Shown in pieces: positions 45,933 to 56,357 of a DNA stretch of 64,000 bases. The notes beneath the pieces were generated by a model. It searched no databases. It saw nothing but the letters and a program-made list of their open reading frames with translations, and was not told where the DNA came from. Made by a program: the position numbers and the translations under genes. This DNA is from an uncultured delta proteobacterium (GTDB taxonomy: Bacteria; Desulfobacterota; Syntrophorhabdia; Syntrophorhabdales; WCHB1-27), in the NCBI GenBank assembly GCA_963825005.1, contig CAWGRP010000029.1, forward strand, positions 192,245 to 256,244, read 5' to 3'. Each line of letters opens with the position of its first letter. The stretch's first letter is position 1.

Positions 45933-46610
45933 TCATGCTCGGCTCTCTCCAGGGTCAAGGAGATGCATCTTCACGAGCAGGTCAGGCCGCTTCCTGTGCA
46001 GAAGAGAGATCATACCCGCGGTCATCATCCCCTCAAGGACCCCGAGGGGTAGCTGCGTCGGAATAAAAGCTACCATGATTTTCAAAAAGAGCGGCACAAG
46101 CGGAGTATGACCCCGTATTCCTGCTGCAAGCTCGAAAGAGGTTCCGGCATACGCCGCCCAGTCAGCGAGCATGCCGGCGACAAAGGCCGCTGCGGCAAGG
46201 TTTACCTTGAACGTCCGTAGCAGCCTGAAGACGATGAATCCAGTGAATGATCCTAAAACACCCATCGAGAAAATATTTGCTCCGAGCGTGCTCAATCCGC
46301 CGTGGGAAAGAAAGAGCGCTTGAATGAGGAGCGCAGCCGCGGCAACGAGGACACTGATGGCAGGACCGAGAAGGATGGCGGACATGCCTGTCCCGCAAGG
46401 ATGGGATGTCGTGCCGGCAACAGGAACAGGTATCGGCATGCATGAAATAATGAAGACTGCTGCCGTTAAGAGCCCGACAAGGGGTTTGAAGGAAAGGTCC
46501 TTTTCGGAGACCTTTTTGAGCCTGTGTAATCCGAGAAGCACAAACGGCGCAGAGGCCAGAAACCAGAAGAGAGCCCAGCCAAAGGGAAGTATACCCTCCG
46601 AGATGTGCAT
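45933..46610 (-). CDS. cbiM: cobalt ECF transporter substrate-capture component CbiM
   Basis: The N-terminus MHISEGILP is diagnostic of CbiM/NikM. The protein is polytopic. Confidence 0.9.
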   Translation of the reverse strand: MHISEGILPFGWALFWFLASAPFVLLGLHRLKKVSEKDLSFKPLVGLLTAAVFIISCMPIPVPVAGTTSHPCGTGMSAILLGPAISVLVAAAALLIQALFLSHGGLSTLGANIFSMGVLGSFTGFIVFRLLRTFKVNLAAAAFVAGMLADWAAYAGTSFELAAGIRGHTPLVPLFLKIMVAFIPTQLPLGVLEGMMTAGMISLLHRKRPDLLVKMHLLDPGESRA

Positions 46611-46627
46611 GGCATGAGCGTCGGAAA

Positions 46628-46659
46628 CAGTGGCCAGTGACCAGTAGCCAGTGGCCAGT
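46628..46659. repeat. palindromic repeat related to 35007-35039
   Basis: CAGTGGCCAGTGACCAGTAGCCAGTGGCCAGT. Its reverse complement contains CTGGCTACTGG, identical to the core at 35025-35035, and has the same X-CTAC-X architecture. Confidence 0.5.
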
Positions 46660-46757
46660 AAGAGCTTGCAAACATTTCGAGGCTTTCATTTGTCGTGTTG
46701 TATTTTGTTTACCCATGACCGGGTACCCGCTTGCGGGTGTTTCCGTGACCCATCACG

Positions 46758-47747
46758 CTATATTTCTCCCGCCATTTTTAGTAATGCGTTGACGATCGCG
46801 ACTGCGACGGGCGTTCCGCCTTTTCTGCTCAGATTGGTGATAAAGGGAAAAGGTTGTGTGGAAAGCAGGGTCTTGGATTCGAGCGCCTTCACGAATCCAA
46901 CGGGAACACCGATGATAAGAGGATCGGGACTCATGTCGGATCTCTTCGTGAGCAGTTCGACTACCTTCAGAAGCGCTGTCGGCGCGTTACCGATCGCCAC
47001 GATCCCCACGTTTTCGGTCATGCCCTTTTCCATCGCTATCTCGGCGCGTGTTCTTCCGGTCTTTGAAGAAATGGTAACAACCTCGTCGTCATTGATGTTG
47101 CAGACAACCTTTCCGCCCCACTTACTGAGCAGCCTCTTATTGATGCCTGTTCTCACCATCTCCACGTCGGTGAGAATCTCCTTGCCGCTTCTGATCGCCT
47201 CTATGCCTGTCTGAATTGCGTCCGGAGCGAACAGGAGCGTTTTGCCGAACTCGAAGTCGGCTGTCGCGTGTATCACCCGTTTTACGATGGGAATCTGCTC
47301 AGGTGGGAGACCACCCAGGTCGAGCTCTTCTCCGATTATTTCGAAGCTTCTCTTTTCGATATCCTCCGGAACGTCGAATTTTACGCTGTTGATCCTGTCA
47401 ACAACTATCTGCACCAGTTTTTCGTGAGTGCCGAGGGGCTCGGTATAAATGAATTCCACGCCGGGATACGTTCCCCTCGCCTGCGCCAGTATTTCCGGGA
47501 TGTCTTTGGTCACGTGCATGCCGGGGCTGAGGAAGAAAGGATGGATGATTATCCTTGATGCACCGTCTGTGACACACTCCTTGATGGCAGCGGAGATGTC
47601 CGGCTCGGCAAACTGCAGGTAAGCAATCTTCACGCATCTGTCGTCGCATTCCGGATGAATAGTATTGTGGAGGAGCTTTGCGATGAGGTCGACGTTGTTG
47701 GCCTCTTTCCTTGGACTGCCGTGCCCTATGAGTATGATATGCTCCAT
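46758..47747 (-). CDS. cbiXC: CbiX(small)-CbiC fusion (sirohydrochlorin cobaltochelatase / cobalt-precorrin-8 methylmutase)
   Basis: The N-terminal 120 aa or so are CbiX-like (HIILIGHGSPRKEAN...IIIHPFFLSPGMHV). The C-terminal half is CbiC-like (VIHATADFEF...VAIGNAPTALL...IIGVPVGFV). Confidence 0.8.
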   Translation of the reverse strand: MEHIILIGHGSPRKEANNVDLIAKLLHNTIHPECDDRCVKIAYLQFAEPDISAAIKECVTDGASRIIIHPFFLSPGMHVTKDIPEILAQARGTYPGVEFIYTEPLGTHEKLVQIVVDRINSVKFDVPEDIEKRSFEIIGEELDLGGLPPEQIPIVKRVIHATADFEFGKTLLFAPDAIQTGIEAIRSGKEILTDVEMVRTGINKRLLSKWGGKVVCNINDDEVVTISSKTGRTRAEIAMEKGMTENVGIVAIGNAPTALLKVVELLTKRSDMSPDPLIIGVPVGFVKALESKTLLSTQPFPFITNLSRKGGTPVAVAIVNALLKMAGEI

Positions 47748-47752
47748 CTTTC

Positions 47753-49151
47753 TTATCTCCGTGTATCCTTTCTCGCATGATTGACAAATTCGCGCGCAAT
47801 AGCCGGGTTGCTGCCGAAATGGATGTGTATGTAACTGGCAACGGTTCTCTTATGCCGGTAACCTTCGCCGGGTAGCGCCTGTCCGGAACCGTTCTTCACA
47901 GAATAGATCTCGGACACTGTAGAATCGCGTTCACCACGCGCTATTATCTCCGAGTAATGGAATTCGTGGCCTCTCAAAACATCTCCCTTATTACCGATGA
48001 CGCAATCTTCCTTCAAAGAAACCTGGCGGTAGCCGAGTTTTGACCTTCCGTTTGTCATACGGGTCTCGAAAGGCAGGGCGCCTGCCATTTCGAAAAAGGC
48101 GCCTTCGAAATCGTAGATGCCTCTGGACAGATACATCAAGCCTCCGCATTCTGCATAGAGCGGCTTTCCGGAGGCTGCCCAATCCTTAACCGATGTACGC
48201 AGTGAGATATTGGCCGTTAACTCTTTAGCGTAGAGCTCAGGATAGCCTCCGCCGATATACACAGCACCGGCCTCTTGCGGTATAGCGGGATCGTCAAGAG
48301 GACTGAAGAAGCGTATCTCGGCTCCGCCATCCCTGAGGAGTTCCAGGTTGTCTTCGTAATAGAAGCTGAAAGCCTTATCACGGGCGACGGCCACAACAGG
48401 TGAATCAGTACCCGCTGAATGGCTGTCGGGCACCGCCGGACTAACCGAAGTCGGATAGGCCTTCTCCCCTGCCCTCCTCCTCGACCTCTTTTTGCGCGCT
48501 CATCTTCAGCAGCATATCAACGTCGATGCATTCCAGAACAGCGTCTGCGAGCTTATCGATATTCTCTTTCAGGATCGGGTTTTCCTCGGCAACGAAGAGC
48601 CCGAGGTGACGGTGCGGGATTTCAAAATTGAGATCGCGTGGGAGGTACCCCAGCACGTTGATGCCGCGAATATCGGCGCAAAGCCTCGAGTAATGGTTCT
48701 CCGACGCAACCCTGTTGAAGATCAGGCCCGCAAGTTTGAGCTTTTTTTCAGCAGCGGATTCCACGAAACCTCTCACCACAGCCCCTGCGGTCTCAGCCAT
48801 GCCGTAGGCATCGACAACGAGCACGACCGGAAGATCGAGGATTGAAGCGAGCGATGCAGTGCTTAACATTCCGTCATACAGTCCCATGACGCCCTCAACG
48901 ACCGCAACGTCGACATCGGCCGAGTTCTTTGAGAAACAGTCTGCAACATATGTTTCACCGCACATCCACAGATCGAGGTTTCTCGACGGTCTGCCGGTTA
49001 CAAGCCTGTGAAGTCCGGAGTCGATAAAATCGGGACCGGCTTTGAATGACTGACTCCTCAGGCCTTTCTTCTTGAGAGCAGCAAGTATGCCGAGAGTCAC
49101 CGTAGTCTTGCCGCAGCCGCTGTGCGTTCCGGCTATGACTATGGCCCGCAC
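47753..49151 (-). pseudogene. cbiA: cobyrinate a,c-diamide synthase CbiA, frame-disrupted and read in frame from cobD
   Basis: The N-domain (V)RAIVIAGTHSGCGKTTVTLGILAAL... lies within ORF 48441..50315. The GATase domain VAVARDKAFSFYYEDN...YAECGGLMYL...GHEFHYS is in ORF 47753..48433 (+1 frame). Junction at about 48435-48470. Confidence 0.8.
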
Positions 49152-50228
49152 TATCCCGCATGCAGCAATCTCCTCGAGAAGCCTGCTGTTAGCAGTCTTC
49201 GATTTCACCGCAACCCTGATGTAGGTTCCGTCGAGCCCGATAAAGTTTGAGCAGTCCCGTACCAGTATGGATTTTGTTCGCAGATACGCTATCACCTCCG
49301 GCGCATTCTTCATGCGAAGGAGATAATAGTTCGCCGAAGACTGAAGATAGTTGATCCCCAGACGCGCAAACCCGGCTTCCAGGCTCTGTTTCTCCTCTTC
49401 AATGATCCGGAAGGTTTCGAGTTTATATGCGGTATCATCCAGGGCCGCGACTCCTGCTATCTGGGCAAGCGTATTGACTGTCCACGGCTCCTTCGATTCT
49501 TTCACCTTGTCGATCAATGAAGAAGGCAACACGGCGTAGCCGAGCCTCAGACCCGAAAGCGCGTAGAATTTGGTCAAAGACCTGAGCACGACAAGGTACG
49601 GGTTATTCTTAACTTCAGCAATTACAGAGGCCTCCGGGCAGAAATCGATGAACGCCTCGTCAACGACCAGCGTGCACTTGAGCCTGGCCGCAGTATTGGC
49701 GATTTTGAGCATATCTTCTTTTTTGATCAGTCTTCCTGTCGGATTGTTGGGGTTGCAGAGGAACAGCATGTCGCAGCGCGAAGAGAGGCTGTTCTTGCCG
49801 GCCATCGCATCAGCAAGTCCTTCGGGATCTACATCGAATGAGTTCTCCATTTTCAATTCGTGCCGGGCAACGCTTACTCCACCGGTTCTTGTACAGGCCC
49901 TTTCATATTCTGAAAAGGTCGGCGATGGTATGAGAACGTTCGCGGGTCTCAACGCCCTCACCATGAGGTAAATCAGCTCTGTACTCCCATTCCCGCAGAT
50001 GATCGAGTCAGCGTCTACCCCGGTATGTTCGGCTATCTTGAGCCGCAACCGCTTCGTATCGGGATCAGGATAGTTGAAAAGGCAGTCCAGATTTTCCGTT
50101 ATCGCAGAACGCACACTTTCAGGGACGCCGAGCGGGTTGATCGACGCGCTGAAATCGAGAACCGCGCTTTCATCTATGCCGAGTGATTCGGCGAGGAGAT
50201 AGATGTTGCCGCCGTGGCACTCCGCCAT
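49152..50228 (-). CDS. cobD: threonine-phosphate decarboxylase CobD (class I/II aminotransferase fold)
   Basis: MAECHGGNIY...SASINPLG...NPNNPTG...SLTKFYALSGLRLGY (PLP-Lys context). The start overlaps the cbiB stop (TAATG). There is no in-frame stop before the cbiA-like GTG at 49151. Confidence 0.8.
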
Positions 50229-51226
50229 TACAGCACACTCCCTGAAGCCAGCGCGATCGCTGCGATTCCCACGCCGATCACAGACGTGGCATAGGCTATT
50301 CTCATTGCATCGCACGATGCCGCAAGATAATCGTCTCTCGCATCTTCCCCTATGTAGGGCTTTTCGACGAGTATGCCTCCGTAGGTCGACGGGCCGCCCA
50401 TCCGTATTCCGATTGCGCCCGCCATCGCTGCCTCCGGCACGCCGCTGTTCGGGCTCGTGTGATTTCTCCCGTCTCTCAGCATGGTTTCAAACGAGCGGTA
50501 CGCAGCATCTACAGCACTCGTGCCCCTCTTGAAGATCATGGTGACGAAGACTGAAAGGACAATGACGATGCCCGTAATCCTGGCAGGAATATAATTTGCG
50601 ATATCATCGAGCCTTGCCGCGGCCCATCCAAAATTGATATAGGTTGCATTTTTGTAACCCACCATGGAATCGAGTGTGTTAATCGCCTTGTACGCCATGG
50701 CGAAGGGAAGACCGCCCACAACATAGAAGAAGACAGGAGCGATAATACCGTCGGAGAGGTTTTCCGCAAGAGTCTCCATCACCGCCTTAAGAACCTCTTT
50801 TCCGGTCAGATTTTCAGTGTCTCGTCCGACGATCATGCCGAGATCACGGCGCGCCACAGCGAGTTGACCTTTTTTAACCGATCGGATCACGACTCGCGCG
50901 GCATCAGTCAGCCCGCGAACTGCAATTGTGGTGGCCACGAGATAGACCAACAGAACTGTACCGACAATTGGCGATGTTCCGGCTGAAGCCCGGAAAATAG
51001 CCTCCTGAATGGCGAACGTTATGACGAGCGTGGGTAGGACTATCATGACAACCAGGAGCACGCCTGCCCTCTTTTCTTCAGGAGGCGTCCTGTAATGCTT
51101 CCGAAGGAAGGACTCCGAACGCTGGATCGCGCGTCCGATGATCCTTACCGGATGAGGCAGCCACTTCGGGTCCCCTAGCGCGAGATCCAGAAGGAAAGCG
51201 AATATAAGCACCAGGGGCGGGGTCAT
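50228..51226 (-). CDS. cbiB: adenosylcobinamide-phosphate synthase CbiB
   Basis: LGDPKWLPHPVRIIGRAI... and polytopic, matching the CobD/CbiB family. Confidence 0.85.
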   Translation of the reverse strand: MTPPLVLIFAFLLDLALGDPKWLPHPVRIIGRAIQRSESFLRKHYRTPPEEKRAGVLLVVMIVLPTLVITFAIQEAIFRASAGTSPIVGTVLLVYLVATTIAVRGLTDAARVVIRSVKKGQLAVARRDLGMIVGRDTENLTGKEVLKAVMETLAENLSDGIIAPVFFYVVGGLPFAMAYKAINTLDSMVGYKNATYINFGWAAARLDDIANYIPARITGIVIVLSVFVTMIFKRGTSAVDAAYRSFETMLRDGRNHTSPNSGVPEAAMAGAIGIRMGGPSTYGGILVEKPYIGEDARDDYLAASCDAMRIAYATSVIGVGIAAIALASGSVL

Positions 51227-51269
51227 ATGCCGCAGATCTCCTTCACGAACGCCATGTCGATATTTTCCC

Positions 51270-52785
51270 TCACCATGGCAGCAAGACTATCGATTGCTCT
51301 TTCCTTTGATCGCCACATAGTTGCAGCAAGGCTCCAGCGGCTGCAATCCCTTCTCTGTCTCTCAAGCTATTGATCAGGTCTCTCCTGAAAAGATCATTGT
51401 CGAAGATGCCGTGGATATATGTGCCCCAGCAGTTCGATTTTCGGGAACCGTCGAGAACGTAGCCTTCCGTGCGGTTATCGGCGTTCAAAGAAGAGGAGAT
51501 CCGTCTTATGCGGAATAACCCCACATCGCCCGAGCTTTCGCCCATGTGTATCTCGTATCCTTTCAATGAATAGTTCTCGGGATAGTGGTTGGCGCAATCG
51601 TCTATGTGATCTGCCTTTTCACCGAACGCGCTTTTCGTCATTGCCGCTTCGACCCGGCATGTTCTCTTTCCGGTTGCAAAGGTGGTCTCGATGTCGAGAA
51701 GACCTATGCCTTCCACCTCTGGCTCCGGGCTTTCGACGCCGTGTGGATCATATATTTTTTTGCCGAGCATCTGGTATCCGCCGCACATGCCCATTATCCT
51801 GACTCCCTTTCCGGCGGCGTTCTTCACAGCCCGGTCCAGGCCCCGTTCCCTGAGGAACAGCAGATCCTTCACCGTGTTCTTGGTGCCAGGTATGATCACC
51901 AGGTCCGCATTCTCAATGTCTGACGGGTTGGCAGAAAAGAGCACATCCACATCGGGCTCGTGATAGAAGGGGTCAAAATCGGTAAAATTCGATATATATT
52001 TGAGCCTCACGATCACGATTCTCACGGCGCCCGATGCCTGATTGAGCCCCGTACTTTGCGCTCTGATAGAGGGCCATACCATCCTCTTCAGGAAGCCCGA
52101 GATCATGAACAAAAGGAAGCACGCCGATCACCGGTATTCCTGTCTTCTCACGGATCATATCGAGGCCGGGCCTTAAGATTTCGACGTCGCCCCGGAACTT
52201 GTTTATCACGAAAGCCTTTATGTAGCGGCTCTGTCTCCCGAGGAGCTTCACGGTGCCATAGAGGGATGCGAATACTCCCCCCTTGTCGATATCGCCGACA
52301 AGAATCACCGGCGAGCGCGCAAGTTGTGCCACCGACATATTGACGATGTCCACGTCCATGAGATTTATTTCAGCCGGGCTCCCAGCTCCCTCAATGACTA
52401 GAAGGTCGTAGCTTCGGCTCAGCTTCGCAAACGATTCTGTCACAGCCTGCCAGGCCTCTTTCCTGAAGGCGTAATATTCGCGGGCCTTCATCGTGGAATG
52501 CACTTTCCCCTGAATGATGACCTGCGAACCCATCTCGCCGGATGCCTTGAGCAGGACCGGGTTCATATGAACCGATGCTTCCACACCGGCAGCCTCGGCC
52601 TGGAGCGCCTGAGCGCGCCCTATTTCACCGCCCTCGATGGTAACGTAAGAATTGAGAGCCATGTTCTGTGCCTTGAAGGGCGCAACCTTTAATCCCATGT
52701 CCCGGAATATCCTGCAGAAGGCAGCTGCGATAAGGCTCTTACCCGCACCGGAGCCGGTTCCCTGGATCATAAGCGCCTTAGCCAT
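51270..52785 (-). pseudogene. cobQ: cobyric acid synthase CobQ/CbiP, frame-disrupted
   Basis: The N-domain (ORF 51973..52785: ALMIQGTGSGAGKS...) and the GATase domain (ORF 51270..52112: VRLKYISNFTDFDPF...IIPGTKNT...MGMCGGYQMLG...GYEIHMG) are in different frames. The shift lies between about 52000 and 52080. Confidence 0.85.
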
Positions 52786-53461
52786 GCATGCGTCCGTTCA
52801 AGAGTTTTACAACCGGGTGCTTGTCCCAGAATTCAATGATATTCACCGCTGCATAATCCTGTTCGATCCTGAAAATATTTTCAAGCGGGCTCCCCAAAAT
52901 GTTGCAGAGGATGATCCGGTTCACGCCGCCATGGGCAACGATCGCTATGTTCTCCCCCGGATGACGCTCCACAATAGTTTCCGTTGCGTGCGTGACTCGC
53001 AATTCCACCTCCGCAGTGGTTTCTCCTCCCATAGGGCTATACTTAAACGGGTTGCCCGCCCATGCGTCAAACTCTACCGGATATGTTTCTTTGATCTCAC
53101 TAAACGTCATTCCCTCCCATATGCCGAAACTCATCTCTCTCAGCGCGGAAACCTTCACAGGGACAATCCCGTGCGCCTCTGCGATAATTTCAGCGCTCCT
53201 CACGGCCCTCTGAAGATCCGAGCAATAGATAGCAGTGAGTGAAGTTTCAGGAGTCGTCTCTTTCTCAGTGTGCGTATCTTTCAAATAGGTTTGGCGTCGC
53301 GCGAAAGAAAGATCAGCGAGGTATCGCGTAATAAGGCCCCGAGCTTCCTTCATCTGCTCTACGCCTTCATCCAGGAGCGGAACGTCCATGCTGCCATGGT
53401 AGCGCTTTACACCGGCTGCCTCAATGGAGCCGTGTCTTACAAGGTAGAGTGTTGTAACCAT
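52778..53461 (-). CDS. cobC: alpha-ribazole phosphatase CobC (histidine phosphatase family)
   Basis: The LYLVRHGS catalytic motif and a second His context (IVAHGG). It lies between cobS and cobQ. Confidence 0.8.
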   Translation of the reverse strand: MVTTLYLVRHGSIEAAGVKRYHGSMDVPLLDEGVEQMKEARGLITRYLADLSFARRQTYLKDTHTEKETTPETSLTAIYCSDLQRAVRSAEIIAEAHGIVPVKVSALREMSFGIWEGMTFSEIKETYPVEFDAWAGNPFKYSPMGGETTAEVELRVTHATETIVERHPGENIAIVAHGGVNRIILCNILGSPLENIFRIEQDYAAVNIIEFWDKHPVVKLLNGRMHG

Positions 53462-54255
53462 AGGTATGCCACCATCAAAAAAAGTATTTCTGTGACCTCG
53501 GTCAGCGCGCCAAAATGATCACCGGTAAGGCCGCCGAACCTCTTTGTAAGGAATCGTATTGCCAGAAGAGCCATAACATAAGCGCCCATGCAAAAGCAGG
53601 CGCAGAAGCCGGCGAGCTGCACAAAAGAGAGTGGAGTCACGTTTAGCGCTGCTGCCGCAATGATCACGAGGATGACAATGGCAGTCGACCAGGCTACTGA
53701 TGACAACGCCGCGTGCTCTATGAATATCTTTCCGAGCCCGTCTTTACGCGCAGAGACACTGTGGTACATGAGCGGAACATTGATCCATTTCGAGAATGTG
53801 GCCATCAGGAAAATGAGCACGCCGGCCGCAGGCGCAGAAACATCGGAAAGAAGCCTGCGCATAAGCACGAATTTCAGGAGGAGCGTCATGACAAGCGCGA
53901 TGACCCCGATTGCACCGGTCGCACTGTCTTTCATCACCGAAAGCCGCTTTGCTCTGTCCTTTTCGACATCACCCGATGATTTCACTGCCATGGCATCGAA
54001 GGTGTCGGCGAGTCCATCGAGATCGAAGCCGCCATTAGTGAGGATGAGGCTTGCAAGGGCAAGGGCCGCAGCGATGTCCGGCGGCAGAATCTTCATCAAC
54101 AGGAATGCACACCCCCCGGTTACAATCCCCTGAAAAGCACCGACCAGGGGAAAGAATGCGGCGGAAGCGGCAACCTCTCTTTCGGTGACGTCACCTGAAA
54201 TCCGCACCGGCACAATCGTGCAGAATTGAAATGCGAGGAGCATTCTCTTTATCAA
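53437..54255 (-). CDS. cobS: adenosylcobinamide-GDP ribazoletransferase (cobalamin synthase) CobS
   Basis: Polytopic CobS pattern ([11 protein letters not shown]...[11 protein letters not shown]). ATGA overlap with cobT. Confidence 0.85.
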   Translation of the reverse strand: MIKRMLLAFQFCTIVPVRISGDVTEREVAASAAFFPLVGAFQGIVTGGCAFLLMKILPPDIAAALALASLILTNGGFDLDGLADTFDAMAVKSSGDVEKDRAKRLSVMKDSATGAIGVIALVMTLLLKFVLMRRLLSDVSAPAAGVLIFLMATFSKWINVPLMYHSVSARKDGLGKIFIEHAALSSVAWSTAIVILVIIAAAALNVTPLSFVQLAGFCACFCMGAYVMALLAIRFLTKRFGGLTGDHFGALTEVTEILFLMVAYLWLQHSTL

Positions 54256-55334
54256 TCTTCGATCTTCTCCGATACGCCGGCCTCTTCAAATGTGGCCATC
54301 TCATTATAGATCTTCAAGCCCGCTTCGATCATCAGCATGGCCAGGGCCGCACCCGTGCCTTCCCCGAGCCTCAGGCCCAAATCAAGAATGGGCGTGAGCT
54401 TCATTGCCGAAAGCATCACCCGGTGCCCCTTCTCGACCGAATTGTGAGCTGCAAAAATGTAGTCGGTCACCGCGGGTTCGATAGTGTGGGCGATCAGCGC
54501 GCCGGCCGTGGAGATAAACCCGTCTATCACGATGGGAATCCTGTTTGCCGCAGCACCGAGCACCAGCCCTGCAATACCGCCGATCTCTGTGCCGCCAACT
54601 TTTGCAAGCACGTCAATACCATCTTTGGCGTCAGGCTTATTGAGACGGATCGCCTCGTCGATCACCCTGACCTTTGTCGCCAGCGTCTCATCGGATATGC
54701 CGGTGCCGCGTCCGGTAACATCTGATACCGGGGTCCCGGTGATCACGGCGGCAATGGCGCTCGAAGGTGTTGTATTTCCGATGCCCATATCTCCCGTGCC
54801 GAAGATCTTGTAGCCTTTCTGTGCGTAGCTTCTCGCCAGCTCTATCCCTGATTCGACGCACTTCTTCGCCTCATCCGGCGTCATTGCCGGGCCTTTGGCG
54901 AAATTCCTCGTGCCCCTCATCACCTTCATGTCAACGAGCCCCTGGGCCCGATCCGCTTCGCTAAAATCATAATCAACGCCAATATCAATGACGACGACCT
55001 CTGATCCGGCATGCTTCGCCAGTACATTTATGCCTGCCCCTCCTCTGAGGAAGTTGAAGACCATCTGCGGAGTCACCTCTCTCGGATAGGCGGAAACGCC
55101 TTCATCGACGATGCCATGGTCGCCCGCGAACGTAAAGACCACTTTCTTGTCGAGAGTCGGCCGCTTGTTTTCCGTGATAGCCACCAGCCTGGCTGCAAAC
55201 TCTTCGAGCCTTCCAAGGCTGCCGAGCGGCTTTGTAAGATTGTCGAGGCGTTGCTGAGCGGTAGCTTGCCATTCCGGATTAACCGCCTTGATAGCCTTAG
55301 TCGTATTCTTGATCAGATCCATATTCTCCTCCAT
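54252..55334 (-). CDS. cobT: nicotinate-nucleotide--dimethylbenzimidazole phosphoribosyltransferase CobT
   Basis: [35 protein letters not shown]. Start taken at MEENMD (55334); the longer ORF to 55475 reads through a repeat element. Confidence 0.85.
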   Translation of the reverse strand: MEENMDLIKNTTKAIKAVNPEWQATAQQRLDNLTKPLGSLGRLEEFAARLVAITENKRPTLDKKVVFTFAGDHGIVDEGVSAYPREVTPQMVFNFLRGGAGINVLAKHAGSEVVVIDIGVDYDFSEADRAQGLVDMKVMRGTRNFAKGPAMTPDEAKKCVESGIELARSYAQKGYKIFGTGDMGIGNTTPSSAIAAVITGTPVSDVTGRGTGISDETLATKVRVIDEAIRLNKPDAKDGIDVLAKVGGTEIGGIAGLVLGAAANRIPIVIDGFISTAGALIAHTIEPAVTDYIFAAHNSVEKGHRVMLSAMKLTPILDLGLRLGEGTGAALAMLMIEAGLKIYNEMATFEEAGVSEKIED

Positions 55335-55361
55335 AATTAATGACCTTCTCACAATACTCTT

Positions 55362-55468
55362 GTCATGCCGGACCGGGGCACCCGCTTGCGGGTCGCGCGG
55401 CATCCAGAAAAGCCCTGGATTCCGGCGCCCGCCCCGGAGTGCCTCTATCCGGGCTCCGCCGGAATGAC
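55362..55468. repeat. nested-hairpin intergenic repeat (REP-like), copy 2, expanded
   Basis: GTCATGCCGGAC[...]GGCATCCAGAAAAGCCCTGGATTCCGGCG[...]CCGCCGGAATGAC. It has the same skeleton as the reverse complement of 45826-45888, with insertions in hairpins 1 and 3. The inserted ACCCGCTTGCGGGT hairpin recurs at about 46726-46739. Confidence 0.7.
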
Positions 55469-55515
55469 GAAACAAGGGACAATTATGAGACGGTTACTAT
55501 ATCTCGTCATCAACG

Positions 55516-56043
55516 TCACGGCTTTATTCTCAAAGGTAGCCCCGCGGTCACGAGATAGACCTCATCGGCAATCGCTGCTACCTGCTGATTCAGAAACCCT
55601 GCTCGATCCCTGAACCTCCTCGCGAGTGCGTTATCAGGGACAATTCCCATGCCCACCTCATTAGATACGATGAAGAGCGTAGGGAAATCGCCGTTCTTCA
55701 AGATCGACAGGAACGCTTCGATCTCCTCTTCAAACTCTTCTGACGATAGGATCAGGTTCGAGAGCCACAGCGTCAGGCAGTCGATTACTGCCGCGGCATA
55801 ACCGGTCCCGATCTGCTTGAGCACACGCGCCATCTTGATCGGCTCTTCAAATGTATCCCACTCAGCGCCTCGCTGTGCCTTGTGTCTCGCTATCCGTTCC
55901 TTCATCTCATCATCGAGCGGCTGCGCGGTTGCAATATAGGCCTTCCTGCCGGGTAAGGCGCCTGCTTTCTCAAGAGCGAATGTGCTCTTGCCGCTTTTTG
56001 CGCCGCCGATGACAAAAATTATTTTGCCCGATGTTTCAGCCAT
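55516..56043 (-). CDS. cobU: adenosylcobinamide kinase / adenosylcobinamide-phosphate guanylyltransferase CobU
   Basis: P-loop VIGGAKSGKS. It is about 175 aa and is the first gene after the riboswitch. Confidence 0.85.
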   Translation of the reverse strand: MAETSGKIIFVIGGAKSGKSTFALEKAGALPGRKAYIATAQPLDDEMKERIARHKAQRGAEWDTFEEPIKMARVLKQIGTGYAAAVIDCLTLWLSNLILSSEEFEEEIEAFLSILKNGDFPTLFIVSNEVGMGIVPDNALARRFRDRAGFLNQQVAAIADEVYLVTAGLPLRIKP

Positions 56044-56077
56044 TCTATTGATTCGCCTTTTCTTCTCGCGCGCACAA

Positions 56078-56108
56078 TAAAAAAATCCTCAGAGCAACGG
56101 CCCTGAGG
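56078..56108 (-). terminator. intrinsic terminator (riboswitch expression platform)
   Basis: Minus strand: CCTCAGGGCCGTTGCTCTGAGG followed by ATTTTTTTATT. It lies between the aptamer and the cobU start. Confidence 0.7.
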
Positions 56109-56180
56109 ATTGCACCCTGGTTTACTTCATCCTCGTTCCTCGCGGGAAACATCCTGCCCGCTATCTGACGGGTGACCATG

Positions 56181-56349
56181 CTTCAGGCAGGTCTTCTGGC
56201 TCCCGGTTCCTCCTACTCGCCAGCCTTCCCGAATCGCGATTCAGTGGCTAGAGTTGGCTTTCGTCCCCGGTTACAGCGGCGGGACCACTCCCGACTTGGG
56301 CATCGTAAGCCCTCACGGGATTCCCTATTATGCCTCACGGCACCTGAAG
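56181..56349 (-). promoter_or_regulatory. cobalamin (B12) riboswitch aptamer
   Basis: The minus-strand sequence contains the hallmark blocks AGGGAATCCCGTGAGGG, GTCCCGCCGCTGTAACCGGGGACGAAAGCC, GCCACTG, GGGAAGGC and the B12 box GCCAGAAGACCTGCC. The P1 stem is CTTCAGG (56343-56349) pairing with CCTGAAG (56181-56187). Confidence 0.85.
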
Positions 56350-56357
56350 TATAATCT

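Noticed and set aside
46611-46757. A possible second cobalamin riboswitch in the 147-nt gap upstream of cbiM.
   Set aside because: I found no B12 box (…AGNCAGGAGACCTGCC-like), GCCACTG or GGGAAGGC blocks on the minus strand. The gap is largely occupied by the two palindromic repeat types.
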